Positions 47,768-57,832 of a DNA stretch of 64,000 nt are shown here, in pieces. Both the position numbers and the translations under genes were made by a program. The stretch spans positions 1,348 through 65,347 of the forward strand of contig JACPYI010000023.1 in the NCBI GenBank assembly GCA_016196115.1, read 5' to 3'. A model generated the notes under the pieces. That model was not told the DNA's origin. It searched no databases and was given only the letters and a program-made list of their open reading frames with translations. The number at the start of each line of letters is the position of its first letter. Position 1 is the stretch's first letter. Source of the stretch: Candidatus Sungiibacteriota bacterium (GTDB lineage: Bacteria > Patescibacteriota > Minisyncoccia > Sungbacterales > HO2-52-23).

Positions 47768-48715
47768 ATGAAATGCGATTTCTGCACATTAACCGATAAA
47801 AACTACGTATATAAATGGCTGGCGCTTTGTAATTCCATCGAAACACATATCTCAAGGTATACAATATGGGTACTGTGCCTTGACGATGAGTCGGAAATAC
47901 TCATACGAAGGTTGGATAAAAAGAACGTGGAGATCGTGAATCTGTCGCATCTCCGCGACACGGAACTGGAAAGGGTCAGATCCTCCAGAACAAAACAGGA
48001 GTTTGCGTGGACATGCAAACCCTCGATCATGAGCTATATTCTGGGAGAAAAGAACGTGGCAGCGATGATATTTGTAGACGCCGATATGCTTTTTTATTCC
48101 TCGCCCGAACCTCTGTTTCAAAAATATACGGACGCGTCAATCATGATCACTTCGCATAAATTCTCGGAGAAAAAACAGTACATCGCGGACATCGTCGGCT
48201 ACTACAATTCAGGATTCATCATATTCAGAAACGACGGGACGAGCAGGGCATGCGTCCGAAGATGGAAAAATCAATGCATAGAGTGGTGCTACAATTTTCA
48301 CGACAAAGGCAGGCATGGCGATCAATCCTACCTGAAAAGCTGGCCGCAGGATTTTAAAAATGTAGAGGAGATATCAGAAAAAGGGGCGAACCTTGGCACA
48401 TGGAACCTTGAACGGTATACCGTAAGGAAAAAACGGGGCGAATTTTACATTGACGATGAAAAACTTATCTGCTACCATTTCCACGGACTGGTTGTATATC
48501 TGGAGAAACACGGTATTCTAAAACCATATCCCGCCACTGTCCACCAAAAAGAAATATACAAAATCTATCTCAAAGAACTCCAAAAAGCGTATAATGAAAT
48601 TATTGCCGTAGATCCTTCGTGGCATTATGGTTTTGCGGGAAAGCTTTCTCTTCTACGCAGGATTAAACAGCAACTTACCCAAAACACCAGAATCGTATGG
48701 CAATACATCCACTAA
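47768..48715 (+). CDS. Putative GT-A-fold nucleotide-diphospho-sugar transferase (DxD motif)
   Basis: IFVDADMLF (DXD) and YNSGFIIF, reminiscent of GT8/GT-A transferases. Start at ATG 47768. Confidence 0.45.
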   Translation: MKCDFCTLTDKNYVYKWLALCNSIETHISRYTIWVLCLDDESEILIRRLDKKNVEIVNLSHLRDTELERVRSSRTKQEFAWTCKPSIMSYILGEKNVAAMIFVDADMLFYSSPEPLFQKYTDASIMITSHKFSEKKQYIADIVGYYNSGFIIFRNDGTSRACVRRWKNQCIEWCYNFHDKGRHGDQSYLKSWPQDFKNVEEISEKGANLGTWNLERYTVRKKRGEFYIDDEKLICYHFHGLVVYLEKHGILKPYPATVHQKEIYKIYLKELQKAYNEIIAVDPSWHYGFAGKLSLLRRIKQQLTQNTRIVWQYIH

Positions 48716-49410
48716 GAAAACTGCTGTGGAAAACCGGCTTTGACGTTCGCCGCTACAGGCCGGAGCCGGATCAGCTTTTATGGCTCAAAGAAATCGGCAT
48801 ACAGACGATTGTTGACGTCGGTGCCAATATCGGGCAGTTTGCTCAAGACATCCGCTCTGCTCTCCCGGATGCGTATATCTATTCTTTTGAGCCGCTCAAA
48901 GATTGTTACGATGATCTTTTAATTGCGATGAAAAATGATAAAAAATTCAAAGCATTTAATGTGGCGCTTGGCGCTTTGAGCGAAGAGGTCACCATGCACC
49001 GCAATGATTACTCGGCCAGTTCGTCAATATTGGATATGGCGCAATCCCATAAAGACTTATATCCTTACACAAAAAATACTCATGACGAAAAAATCGTCGT
49101 GCGGCGGCTTGACGATATGCGCGAGCTGCATCCGGACAATCTTAAAAAAGAAATACTGATCAAGATAGATACCCAGGGTTATGAAGATCGGGTGATCAGG
49201 GGCGGAATCGAGTTTTTGAAAAATACGAAAGTAATCATTATCGAGACCTCTTTTATTACTCTCTATGAAGAACAACTATTATTTGCCGAAATATACAAAA
49301 TGCTTACTCTTCTCGGTTTCGTGTATAAGGGTTCCCTGCGCCGAAAATTTAATTTGAAAAATGGCGGGAATTTATACGAAGATTCCATTTTCGTGCACAA
49401 GTCAGAATGA
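48697..49410 (+). CDS. FkbM-family methyltransferase
   Basis: IVDVGANIGQF (motif I) and ILIKIDTQGYEDRV (FkbM signature). Confidence 0.75.
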   Translation: MAIHPLRKLLWKTGFDVRRYRPEPDQLLWLKEIGIQTIVDVGANIGQFAQDIRSALPDAYIYSFEPLKDCYDDLLIAMKNDKKFKAFNVALGALSEEVTMHRNDYSASSSILDMAQSHKDLYPYTKNTHDEKIVVRRLDDMRELHPDNLKKEILIKIDTQGYEDRVIRGGIEFLKNTKVIIIETSFITLYEEQLLFAEIYKMLTLLGFVYKGSLRRKFNLKNGGNLYEDSIFVHKSE

Positions 49411-49442
49411 GTAATTTCATAAGGCATATGATGCGAAAACGC

Positions 49443-50138
49443 TTACTGATGAGAAAACCAATCTCCCAGCAACACAAGTAACGCCCATATGCCATCACGA
49501 TACCGGATTTTCTTTCCTTGAGAGCTCGAGCGCGGATGATGCGAAATGGGAATCTCACCAATTGACAAGCCCCGGCGCGCAAGCGCCGCGGTAAAGAGAA
49601 GCTCGGCCTCAAATCCCCCAATGGGAAAATCACCAGCCACGCCAATGGGAAAAAGTTTGTAGCATGTCCATGCGTCGGTCAGCGAAAGGCCATACAGCAG
49701 GTTGAGCAGTTTGGTAATTATCCACACCCCCAAACGAGGTATAAAAAGCTCTGTCAGCTTCCGTCTCTTTAACAGATTGCGTGAACCGTATATGACATCC
49801 CCTTTGCCTTGTTCCAGACCATGTATCAGCCCACCAATTTCGTTCGTATCATACTCGAGATCCGCATCCTGGATTAAACAATAATCCCCGGTTGCCTCCT
49901 GAAGCCCGCGTTGCACACTCCATCCCTTTCCTTGATTCTTCTCCTGCAAAATAACTCTGATGCGATAGGTACAGTTTTGGAGCAGTTCTTTGGTGCCGTC
50001 GTCTGATCCGTCATCAACCACGATGATTTCTTTCTCCCAGTATTCGGGCAGCCGCGCCTGCTCCACCCGGCGAAGCAGCTCTTGGACGGTTTCTCGTTCA
50101 TTAAAGACCGGAATAATAATAGAAAGTTTTCGGGGCAT
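49443..50138 (-). CDS. Glycosyltransferase family 2 (short, DPM1-like)
   Basis: LSIIIPVFNERETV, VVDDGSDDGT, IQDADLEYD. Confidence 0.8.
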   Translation of the reverse strand: MPRKLSIIIPVFNERETVQELLRRVEQARLPEYWEKEIIVVDDGSDDGTKELLQNCTYRIRVILQEKNQGKGWSVQRGLQEATGDYCLIQDADLEYDTNEIGGLIHGLEQGKGDVIYGSRNLLKRRKLTELFIPRLGVWIITKLLNLLYGLSLTDAWTCYKLFPIGVAGDFPIGGFEAELLFTAALARRGLSIGEIPISHHPRSSSQGKKIRYRDGIWALLVLLGDWFSHQ

Positions 50139-50167
50139 ACATATCCTGTCGAGCTCATGGCACTACG

Positions 50168-51010
50168 TTAAAGAGTTTGTACGAGTTTTGCAAGAGCTTT
50201 TTGATCGTTCACCGGAAGCCAGCATCGTCCCGGAATACCATAGGAATAGAGTTTTTGTTCTTCTGCCAAGAGAGGAAACAGCACGTTTTCAAAATCTATT
50301 TTTTTTGAGAGATCAAACAGCCGCGGGAAGTATTCATACGCCGCGGGTGAAAACACGGTCACGCCGACGTGCGCCGGAATCGGAACGTGGGGATACATCT
50401 CGGTTTGCGCAACCACTCCGTCTGCGATCTTCATGCCGGTAAACGCGTACGGGGTGCCGTCGGCCACCACCGCAGTCGCGATCATGCCGCGCTTCAAACC
50501 GGCAAGATGCGCGGCAACCGCATCGCGGGCAAAGTCCCCTTCATAGTTGATGATCTGATCATCGGGATTGTGCACGATGCAGCTTTTGTCCGCGGGGATC
50601 GATCCGTTCTCAAGGGCATTGCGCATGGCACCCCCCTTGCCGACCGGATGTTCCGGATCATGGCTATATGCGATATTGACGCCGAGCCGGCTGCCATCGC
50701 CCAGCAGATCCTTGATGGAACCGGCATTATGGAAAACGAGCGCGACAAAATTCTGAAAGCCGGCGTCATGATACATCCGGATTATGCGCTCGATCATGGT
50801 ATCGCCGTTCGGCAGCACAACGGAATTTTTTTGCAGATGGTGGGGATCGGAAATCGTCTTGAAACGCGATCCCTCTCCGCCAGCCATGAGCGCCACCACG
50901 CAATTTCGCGTGAACGCAGCCCATTGGGCATCATCGATTTTCTCCCGGCTTCCTTCGTTGTATATTTCCTTTTGTAATCTTTTGAGCGCGTCTTTCATAG
51001 AGATAACCAT
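50168..51010 (-). CDS. Sugar-phosphate nucleotidyltransferase
   Basis: VALMAGGEGSRF (G-x-G-[TS]-R nucleotidyltransferase motif) and GMKIADG. Alternative start at 50998. Confidence 0.65.
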   Translation of the reverse strand: MVISMKDALKRLQKEIYNEGSREKIDDAQWAAFTRNCVVALMAGGEGSRFKTISDPHHLQKNSVVLPNGDTMIERIIRMYHDAGFQNFVALVFHNAGSIKDLLGDGSRLGVNIAYSHDPEHPVGKGGAMRNALENGSIPADKSCIVHNPDDQIINYEGDFARDAVAAHLAGLKRGMIATAVVADGTPYAFTGMKIADGVVAQTEMYPHVPIPAHVGVTVFSPAAYEYFPRLFDLSKKIDFENVLFPLLAEEQKLYSYGIPGRCWLPVNDQKALAKLVQTL

Positions 51011-51051
51011 AAATCACTTATGTCAGAGATGCAAGCGAAATCATCGTATGC

Positions 51052-52101
51052 CTATGACGCGAGAATTGCAATAATTTTTTCAACCAGCCCCTCGATGCGG
51101 TGATGCTCCACTACGATCGCGCGCATGGATTGGCAAAGGCGGGTGCGGGATGGGGCGTCCATATGCAGCAAAACAGGAAGTTTTTTGGCGAGATCGGCCG
51201 GATTCTTTTTTTGAAACATCAACAGATCGCGATAATCACCGAGCACGCCGTCGTACGCTTCGTTGCACGTCAACATCGAAAGACCGGTCGCCATGGCTTC
51301 AAGCCCGGCCTTGTCTAAACTTCCGGTCAAGCCCGGGTTTACGAAAATATCGGCCTGCCGCAGATGTTTCAGAATCTCTCTATGCGGCACACCGCCGACA
51401 AATTTAATAAAGCTGCCTAGTTTTTTCTCCTCAACCATATGATAGAGCGACTCTGCGTACGATTTTTGCTCCGGCGTACCTGCGCTCCCGACAATATCGG
51501 CTTGAAATTTTTTGCCCTCATGCATTAGTATTTCGAGCGCTTGGATGAGCGTGGCCTGATCTTTTGCCGGAGAGAGCCTGCCGATCATGATGATTTTTGG
51601 CACAGGATTTTCCGGACGCGCACTAGGGGCAAAATAATCCGTATCGATCCCCTGCCCTACAATACGCACTTTCGGACTCTGAATTCTGAAGCCGCTAGCG
51701 GTCGAGGTGAATATAATGCCCGACATCTTCTCCGCGAGGCGCAATGATGCGCTCACGGCCCCATGCGCGTACCACAGCGATATTTTTTTTCCAAGCAATT
51801 GCCATACCGGCCATCCCAGCAACACATAAATCTGATTCATGTGCACGAATATGGCGTCATAGGCAACCCGTTCACGCCAAATAAAATACCAAAAGCGCAG
51901 CACATATAGGATGCGGGAACGCCTATGTTCTTTTCCCAAAGAAAATATCCGAACATTCGACGGCAAGTGATGAGCTCCTTCCTCAAGGCAAATAACCGTA
52001 ATCGCCTCGCAGTGCTTGGCGAATTCCTCGATCCATCGGTGCATAAACCCAAGCACCTCGTCTCGCTCATCAACTTTTTGTGTGATAATGAGAAGTTTCA
52101 T
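51052..52101 (-). CDS. Glycosyltransferase family 4
   Basis: MKLLIITQKV start; GRLSPAKDQATLIQALEIL...FVNPGLTGSLDKAGLEAMATG (GT4 C-domain). Confidence 0.75.
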   Translation of the reverse strand: MKLLIITQKVDERDEVLGFMHRWIEEFAKHCEAITVICLEEGAHHLPSNVRIFSLGKEHRRSRILYVLRFWYFIWRERVAYDAIFVHMNQIYVLLGWPVWQLLGKKISLWYAHGAVSASLRLAEKMSGIIFTSTASGFRIQSPKVRIVGQGIDTDYFAPSARPENPVPKIIMIGRLSPAKDQATLIQALEILMHEGKKFQADIVGSAGTPEQKSYAESLYHMVEEKKLGSFIKFVGGVPHREILKHLRQADIFVNPGLTGSLDKAGLEAMATGLSMLTCNEAYDGVLGDYRDLLMFQKKNPADLAKKLPVLLHMDAPSRTRLCQSMRAIVVEHHRIEGLVEKIIAILAS

Positions 52102-52228
52102 AATATGCAGGAAATGTACGTCTTTGATATGTAACAATCTGCTTTCATTGATCAAGAAGTAACTTATGTATGGCTTTTGAAAACTCTTTTGAAGATTTGA
52201 ATCGTACCATCACAGCTTCTTATAGTTT

Positions 52229-53401
52229 TTATATTATACACCGCTCAAAACCTTTACGGTACAGCTGGAGGTACTCGCTCTCGCTGTGCGGTTTCATTTC
52301 GGCAAGCGTGTGGCGCGCCGCGTCGGCAAACGCATGGCGTTTTTCCGGGTGCTCGTATAGATCCAGAACCCCAGCAAGAAAGGCATCGCGGTCTCCCATC
52401 GGCACCACGCGGCCATTCACGCCGTCCCGCACTATTTCTCCGGCCAAGCCAACGTCGGTCATCACAAGCGGGACTCCGGCAGCCATTGCTTCCATCGCAA
52501 CCAATCCCCACCCCTCGTAATTCGACGAGATCAGAGATACATCAAAGCACTTGTAGAAAGAGGCAAGATCATTGCGCCACGGTTCGATCACGACGTTTTT
52601 GTTCAGTCCAAACCGCACAACTTTCTTTTGATAATTCGCCTTGTCCGGCCCGTCACCGACCAGGAAAAGAACGGCTGTGGGTTCCTGTTTTACAAAATCA
52701 GCCATCATCTTGATCAACATACTGAAATTTTTCTCTTTATCCACGAATCGTCCCACCGCGATCATCCGAAACGCATATTTTTTGAGACGCGTCAAATCTT
52801 CCGGCTTGGGAAACGAATCGCGGAGCGGTTCGAGATCGGTGAATATCGGCAAGACAAAAATTTTTGATTCCGGAATCCGAAGTTCGGCAACCAATGAGCG
52901 TTTGATCCGCTCGCTTACGACGCGCATGCAATCCGCGCGCGGGAGCAGAAATTGCGCGAGCAGCGCACGAAGATATTCTTTCCGCGAGGCGCGCCCATAC
53001 CGCGGACTCAACACATCAGTATGCACTTGCAATTGCAGCTTTATATTGAAACGGCGGGCAATGCGGTACGCAATCAGCCCGACTTCATCCGGTGCTTGGC
53101 TGGTGATGACGTCGAAACGGACGCGGCTCACAAGCTTCCTTGCTATGCGATACATGCGCCACCGCTGCAGCAACGGATTGCCTGCAGCCGGATAAAGGAA
53201 GAGGCGGCCGTTTTGCTCGTCCGGCGAGCGTGGAGTTTCACCAGAGCAAAAAAGTGATTGGGGTTCTCGTGCTTTGAAACTGGCGGTCATGACTATGATA
53301 TGCAGCTCGTCAAAAAGCTCCGCATAGCGCTTCATGCGTTTGCGCGCGCTGCTTCCGACAACGCAGATATTCGGATCTTGGGCAAGCATTAAAATTTTCA
53401 T
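52229..53401 (-). CDS. Glycosyltransferase family 4
   Basis: MKILMLAQDP; VGRFVDKEKNFSMLI...LISSNYEGWGLVAMEAMAAGVPLVMTDVGLAGEIV. Confidence 0.8.
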   Translation of the reverse strand: MKILMLAQDPNICVVGSSARKRMKRYAELFDELHIIVMTASFKAREPQSLFCSGETPRSPDEQNGRLFLYPAAGNPLLQRWRMYRIARKLVSRVRFDVITSQAPDEVGLIAYRIARRFNIKLQLQVHTDVLSPRYGRASRKEYLRALLAQFLLPRADCMRVVSERIKRSLVAELRIPESKIFVLPIFTDLEPLRDSFPKPEDLTRLKKYAFRMIAVGRFVDKEKNFSMLIKMMADFVKQEPTAVLFLVGDGPDKANYQKKVVRFGLNKNVVIEPWRNDLASFYKCFDVSLISSNYEGWGLVAMEAMAAGVPLVMTDVGLAGEIVRDGVNGRVVPMGDRDAFLAGVLDLYEHPEKRHAFADAARHTLAEMKPHSESEYLQLYRKGFERCII

Positions 53402-55710
53402 GCGTTTTTGAGCAGTGCCGTGATCTCATTCAGCATTCGTTGGGCCGAGAATGATCCTGCTTTTTCCCGCGCGCGCTCTGATAATCTACGGGTAAAATCA
53501 TGATCGTTCAGAAGCCGCATAACTGCAGCTTGCATCTGATTAATATTGTTCCAATCGAAAAACAAACCGGTTTCTCCATCCTGAATGAGCTCGATATTTC
53601 CTCCCGCGCGCGTCGTACAGACCGGAATTCCCAGAGCCATGGCTTCCAGTATAGCATGAGAGAAACCTTCGTATTTTGTATTGAGTATAAATATGTCACC
53701 GGCAATCAGTGATGTGAGAACGTCTTCATGCGATAAACTACCCGCTAACTCAATGACGAAGCCCGGTTCAGGAGCGCGTATTACATCTTCAACATGAACG
53801 GGACCACTACCAATAATTCTTAAACGAATATCGCGATCCGGGACATCTGCTCTTAATTTTTGCACGAGTTCAATCACGGCCTCAAACCCTTTCCACGGCA
53901 CGAGCCGACCGACGGAAATGAGCACAGTTCCCGAAAAACCGAGTTTTTCTCGCGCTTCGTTTTTGGTTAACATCCTGATAGGCGGATCAAAAGCGTTATA
54001 GATTACGGTAATGCGATCCCGGGGAACACCCCACCGCGTCACGACGCCACGCAGATATTCGCTCGGAACCACGATGCTGTCGGCACGACATGCTACCCAT
54101 CGCTCAAGCCGGCGAAGCATTTCCACCTTCCAGTCATATTTTTTCTCCAGAAACTCATCGAGTGGATCCGCAACGCCGAATCGCTGGCTGCCCTGTTCCC
54201 ATGCATAGTCCCCCACGATCTTGAGCACGAATTTTTTGCGGGTCAGCATGGCGGCTAAGGCAGCCGGGGCCCCGACCGAAACGGGATCCTGCGCGAAAAT
54301 AACGTCGGCGGCCAGGCCTCTCCAAAATATGTTCCAGAAATACGCGCCGTGGCGGATCAATTTTGGAAGATGGCGCACGGAACGGAACGGCAACACCGTC
54401 ACGACAAACCCGGATTTGGGCAACTCATCCTGCAGCAGTTTGCTGTACGTCGCGGGACCTCCGATTTCAGGCGGGAAAAGGCCGGTGGCGACAAGAATCC
54501 GGCAAGATAAGACCCGGTCAAAAACTTCTTCGTATTGTCCGGCAATCGAATCCCAAAGAAAGCGCTCGCGGATCATTTTTTTGCCGTTCTCGACGATTGA
54601 CCGGCTTAATCCAGGATCCTGCAGAAGGCGCATGATTTTCTCCGCGGCATCGCCCGGATCGTCAACTTTCGCGAACAACCCTGTTACCCCGTCCGTGATA
54701 ATATCAGGAATCCCGCCGACCCGAGTCCCGATAATGGGAACGCCGGCGGCAAGCGCTTCAACAAAAGAAACCCCCATCCCCTCGGAACGCGAAAGACGGA
54801 TAAAGATTGTTGCCTGATGCAGATGCGCCGGGATTTTTTCGAACGGGACGCTCCCGAAAAATTTGATCTCATGTTCAACCCCAAGCTCTTTGGCAAGAAA
54901 TCCAAGAGCGGACCTGTCCGGCCCGTCTCCGAGAATATGACATTGGAGCGGCTTCCCTTTATTCTTGAGAACGGCTATGGCACGGACAAGGGTATCAATG
55001 CCATTCTTTTCCACCAAGCGCGAGGTAGTGATGATAATTGGGGCATGCTCTATGTCATTCCCGACTTGATCGGGAATCCAGTCAGTACTGATTCTTGATT
55101 CCCGCTTTCGCGGGAATGACAGCAGACCATTTGCGCTTTTGTCGCGAAGACCGAAAAGATCTGCGTTAACTCCATTATGAATAAGTACGCACCGGCCGTG
55201 ATACCCGTATGCAGCCGCAACTTCCCCGAGATACGATGAGATCACGGTTACCTCATCCGCAAGCCAGAGCATCAGCCGGAGCGCCGCGCCGATCATGCCG
55301 AGCCGACCCGATGCAAGGCGGCTATCTCCGTACCCATACTGGATGTTGAGGACAAACGGATGCCGGGGCCGCAGTATTTTACAAAAAAAGGCAGCTACGG
55401 AGCCCTGCGAAATATCAACTCCCCACAGTATCGCCCTACCTTCCCCGCCGATGTTCCGCAGCGCCACAATGCAACCGAAAAACGGCAGGAGCCATTTATC
55501 GAATCCCCGACCAATACCCACCCGAATCACTTTTCCTTCGGGACGGATCTCGCACTTCGGAAGACGCCGGGAGAACCGACTCGTCACGATACGGACGTCA
55601 AAACGCCGGTTCAGCCTCCGACCGATTTCTTGAATCGCGGTTTCCACCCCTCCGACAAACGGATAATACGAGGTCGTGAAAATAATAAGTCTTGTTTTTT
55701 CCATCATCAC
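53398..55710 (-). CDS. Tandem double GT4 glycosyltransferase (two complete GT-B units in one 770-aa polypeptide) with a palindromic-element insertion in the first unit
   Basis: Unit 1: RLIIFTTSYYPFVGGVE...FIRLSRSEGMGVSFVEALAAGVPIIGT. Unit 2: RILVATGLFPPEIGGPA...FILNTKYEGFSHAILEAMALGIPVCTT. Confidence 0.75.
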   Translation of the reverse strand: MMMEKTRLIIFTTSYYPFVGGVETAIQEIGRRLNRRFDVRIVTSRFSRRLPKCEIRPEGKVIRVGIGRGFDKWLLPFFGCIVALRNIGGEGRAILWGVDISQGSVAAFFCKILRPRHPFVLNIQYGYGDSRLASGRLGMIGAALRLMLWLADEVTVISSYLGEVAAAYGYHGRCVLIHNGVNADLFGLRDKSANGLLSFPRKRESRISTDWIPDQVGNDIEHAPIIITTSRLVEKNGIDTLVRAIAVLKNKGKPLQCHILGDGPDRSALGFLAKELGVEHEIKFFGSVPFEKIPAHLHQATIFIRLSRSEGMGVSFVEALAAGVPIIGTRVGGIPDIITDGVTGLFAKVDDPGDAAEKIMRLLQDPGLSRSIVENGKKMIRERFLWDSIAGQYEEVFDRVLSCRILVATGLFPPEIGGPATYSKLLQDELPKSGFVVTVLPFRSVRHLPKLIRHGAYFWNIFWRGLAADVIFAQDPVSVGAPAALAAMLTRKKFVLKIVGDYAWEQGSQRFGVADPLDEFLEKKYDWKVEMLRRLERWVACRADSIVVPSEYLRGVVTRWGVPRDRITVIYNAFDPPIRMLTKNEAREKLGFSGTVLISVGRLVPWKGFEAVIELVQKLRADVPDRDIRLRIIGSGPVHVEDVIRAPEPGFVIELAGSLSHEDVLTSLIAGDIFILNTKYEGFSHAILEAMALGIPVCTTRAGGNIELIQDGETGLFFDWNNINQMQAAVMRLLNDHDFTRRLSERAREKAGSFSAQRMLNEITALLKNA
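55054..55120. repeat. Composite palindromic repeat element (two ATTCCC-N8/9-GGGAAT inverted repeats) embedded in-frame in the GT4 coding sequence
   Basis: gtcATTCCCGActtgaTCGGGAATccag...ATTCCCGCtttcGCGGGAATgac. It is the reverse complement of the element at 63662..63738, with a different central spacer. It encodes ...SFPRKRESRISTDWIPDQVGND... in the gene. Confidence 0.8.
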
Positions 55711-57038
55711 GTCAAAAAATGTTTCAGCACGAAAAAACCCAGCGCCCCAAGCGCGCTTAATCCGACTGCGCCGGCAAAAAGAACCCGGGAAGAAATTGAA
55801 AGTTTTCCCGGCAGCGCCGCAAGATTTGTACGCAGCGAGTTCATATCTTCTTTTGTATTGCTTGAGCTGTGAGAACCGAAAGGCGGGTTTCTTTTTGAAA
55901 ATGAGCGCGCAGGTTTTGTTTTCCCTGCAAAACCTTGTTCCGGGTTCGAGACGGGCGATGACGAACCGACTTGCGCCGCGACCGGTACGGACACTGCCCG
56001 GGAACTTGACGTTCCCGCAGGAACATAGGTAAACGCAACCGTGCCATTCGGATATTGAACAGTAAGCGGATAGAGCGCATTATCCGTCTGCAAAAGCCCT
56101 GTTACTGCATTGGAAAATGAAATTTCAGCACCCGGCGCAACCTTTGTTTTCGACGGCACAAAAAATTTCTTCTCTGTTGCGTCCTGAATGACCCAATCCC
56201 CTATGTCGCTCTCTACTGGAAGAGGGTTCAAAAACCGCAGGTATCCCTCCCTTCCTTCTACAACGCTCACCACCCGCATTTGGTTCGCAAGCACATGCAC
56301 CGTTGCATAATCCGATGCCCCATATTCACCGGAGTTCATATGCAATCCCACGATATACGTGCCCGGGATACGAAAAACATGGGTAATAAATTTCCCTTCC
56401 TGCGTTTCGCCATCGCCGAAATTCCACCAAAAACGCCCATTTTCCAGCGGTTCTTTTTTGAGCCCGACGGCGCTTCCGTTGAAACCCGCTGTCGAACCCG
56501 CAGGTACTGTCTGATCCGGTCCTGCGTCAACATTGATATTCACACTCGAAGAACCTCCTGATGGCAGGGGCGGCGGCGAAGGCGGCGGTGGCAGTGCCGC
56601 AGGAACAGGAGTGTTGCTTGACGCAGAAACGCCGGAGACGTTGATCGTCTGGCTCGCAATCCATGATGTTCCCGAATCCCGACCCCGTGTTTTTATGTTG
56701 ATCGTGTGAAGCCCCGCGACAGAATCCAGATAGTAGAACGTAAAATTCGCCGTGCCTTTGTTCATCCATGTTCTGGCGGGACTTGAGCTCGCGTTTAAAA
56801 ATTTTCCAGTCAGGGATGTTGACGAAAACTCCACGTCAATGGTCTCCTCGGTTTTGATCTCCTTATTATTCGCGTCTTGCGCCTGAATTTTCAGAACGCC
56901 GGAGAGTTCTCCGGGACGTACGGTCTGCGGATCTGTCGTAAATACAAAACGAGCGATTCCCGAGGCAGCCAAGACACTTCCTGTAAAAAACAGGACGCCG
57001 ACAAAAAGGAGAACGAGATTATTTCGCATTACGTTCAT
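55707..57038 (-). CDS. Secreted or membrane-anchored protein with PKD-like domain and C-terminal TM anchor
   Basis: N-terminal signal-like LVLLFVGVLFFTGSVLA; PKD signature DAGPDQTV...F.GS...WNFGDG; Pro-rich linker PPPPSPPPLP; C-terminal hydrophobic anchor VLFAGAVGLSALGALGFFVL. Confidence 0.65.
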   Translation of the reverse strand: MNVMRNNLVLLFVGVLFFTGSVLAASGIARFVFTTDPQTVRPGELSGVLKIQAQDANNKEIKTEETIDVEFSSTSLTGKFLNASSSPARTWMNKGTANFTFYYLDSVAGLHTINIKTRGRDSGTSWIASQTINVSGVSASSNTPVPAALPPPPSPPPLPSGGSSSVNINVDAGPDQTVPAGSTAGFNGSAVGLKKEPLENGRFWWNFGDGETQEGKFITHVFRIPGTYIVGLHMNSGEYGASDYATVHVLANQMRVVSVVEGREGYLRFLNPLPVESDIGDWVIQDATEKKFFVPSKTKVAPGAEISFSNAVTGLLQTDNALYPLTVQYPNGTVAFTYVPAGTSSSRAVSVPVAAQVGSSSPVSNPEQGFAGKTKPARSFSKRNPPFGSHSSSNTKEDMNSLRTNLAALPGKLSISSRVLFAGAVGLSALGALGFFVLKHFLT

Positions 57039-57729
57039 ACAGACGGCTGAGTGCATGCGCAAGATTTACATCACCGGGATTGGCCGCAATGCCTTCCTTC
57101 AAGACACCCTCGGCCTGCGCTTTTTTCTCTTTCAAGAAAAAAACATACAGATCGGATAGCCCGAGATATCCCATGACGTTCTTGGGATCCGCCTTGATCG
57201 CACCCCCATAACTTGCTTCCGCTTTTGGATAATCTTTCACATAGTTGGTGTAAAGATCCCCCAGGTTGAGAAACGCGGTTGCCTCATGCGGATGTATGAC
57301 ACTTTTATACAGCCAAATATCGCGGCTGCCTTCGTAATCGCCGATCGCTTTTTTGAGAAGCGCCAACTCCAGCCACGCCGCGGTATATTCCGGAGTTTCC
57401 TTGACCATCTTGGCATATTTCCGGACGTTTGCGGAGAGTTTATCTTTGTGTTCTCCGCTCATTGTCTCGAGTATTTCCGGCCTGAATTTTATCTCATCAA
57501 GAGGCCGGCCATGGTACGCGGACAGAGGTTTGGCGGGCTGGTTTTGGTTTGGGGTAAGAAGGTTTTCCGGATTCTGCGCATGAGGCGGCGAAGATGTCGC
57601 TGCTTCATTGCCCACCGGCGCAGATTGCGGCATCTCCGGGACGGAATGGAAAATTTTTTCCCGAAAGGCAATGCCGACCACGACCAGAAGCGCAACAATG
57701 ATTCCCACTACGATTTCCTTGTATGGCAT
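57019..57729 (-). CDS. Tetratricopeptide-repeat protein with N-terminal TM helix
   Basis: N-terminal IVVGIIVALLVVVGIAF; TPR-like helices (AWLELALLKKAIGDYEGS..., AFLNLGDLYTN..., GYLGLSDLYVF...). Confidence 0.6.
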   Translation of the reverse strand: MPYKEIVVGIIVALLVVVGIAFREKIFHSVPEMPQSAPVGNEAATSSPPHAQNPENLLTPNQNQPAKPLSAYHGRPLDEIKFRPEILETMSGEHKDKLSANVRKYAKMVKETPEYTAAWLELALLKKAIGDYEGSRDIWLYKSVIHPHEATAFLNLGDLYTNYVKDYPKAEASYGGAIKADPKNVMGYLGLSDLYVFFLKEKKAQAEGVLKEGIAANPGDVNLAHALSRLYERNAK

Positions 57730-57776
57730 ATATCACCACCATAGCATAGTCAATCCGCGGTGGTCAACCATAAATC

Positions 57777-57801
57777 AAAACCCCCCTGATCGGGGGGTTT
57801 T
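57777..57801 (-). terminator. Strong bidirectional rho-independent terminator (10-bp stem AAAACCCCCC/GGGGGGTTTT, loop TGATC)
   Basis: Perfect hairpin flanked by A/T runs, located 32 nt after the stop of the large surface-protein gene. Confidence 0.8.
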
Positions 57802-57832
57802 GACACTCGCTACACAAGGAGATTACGAGACT

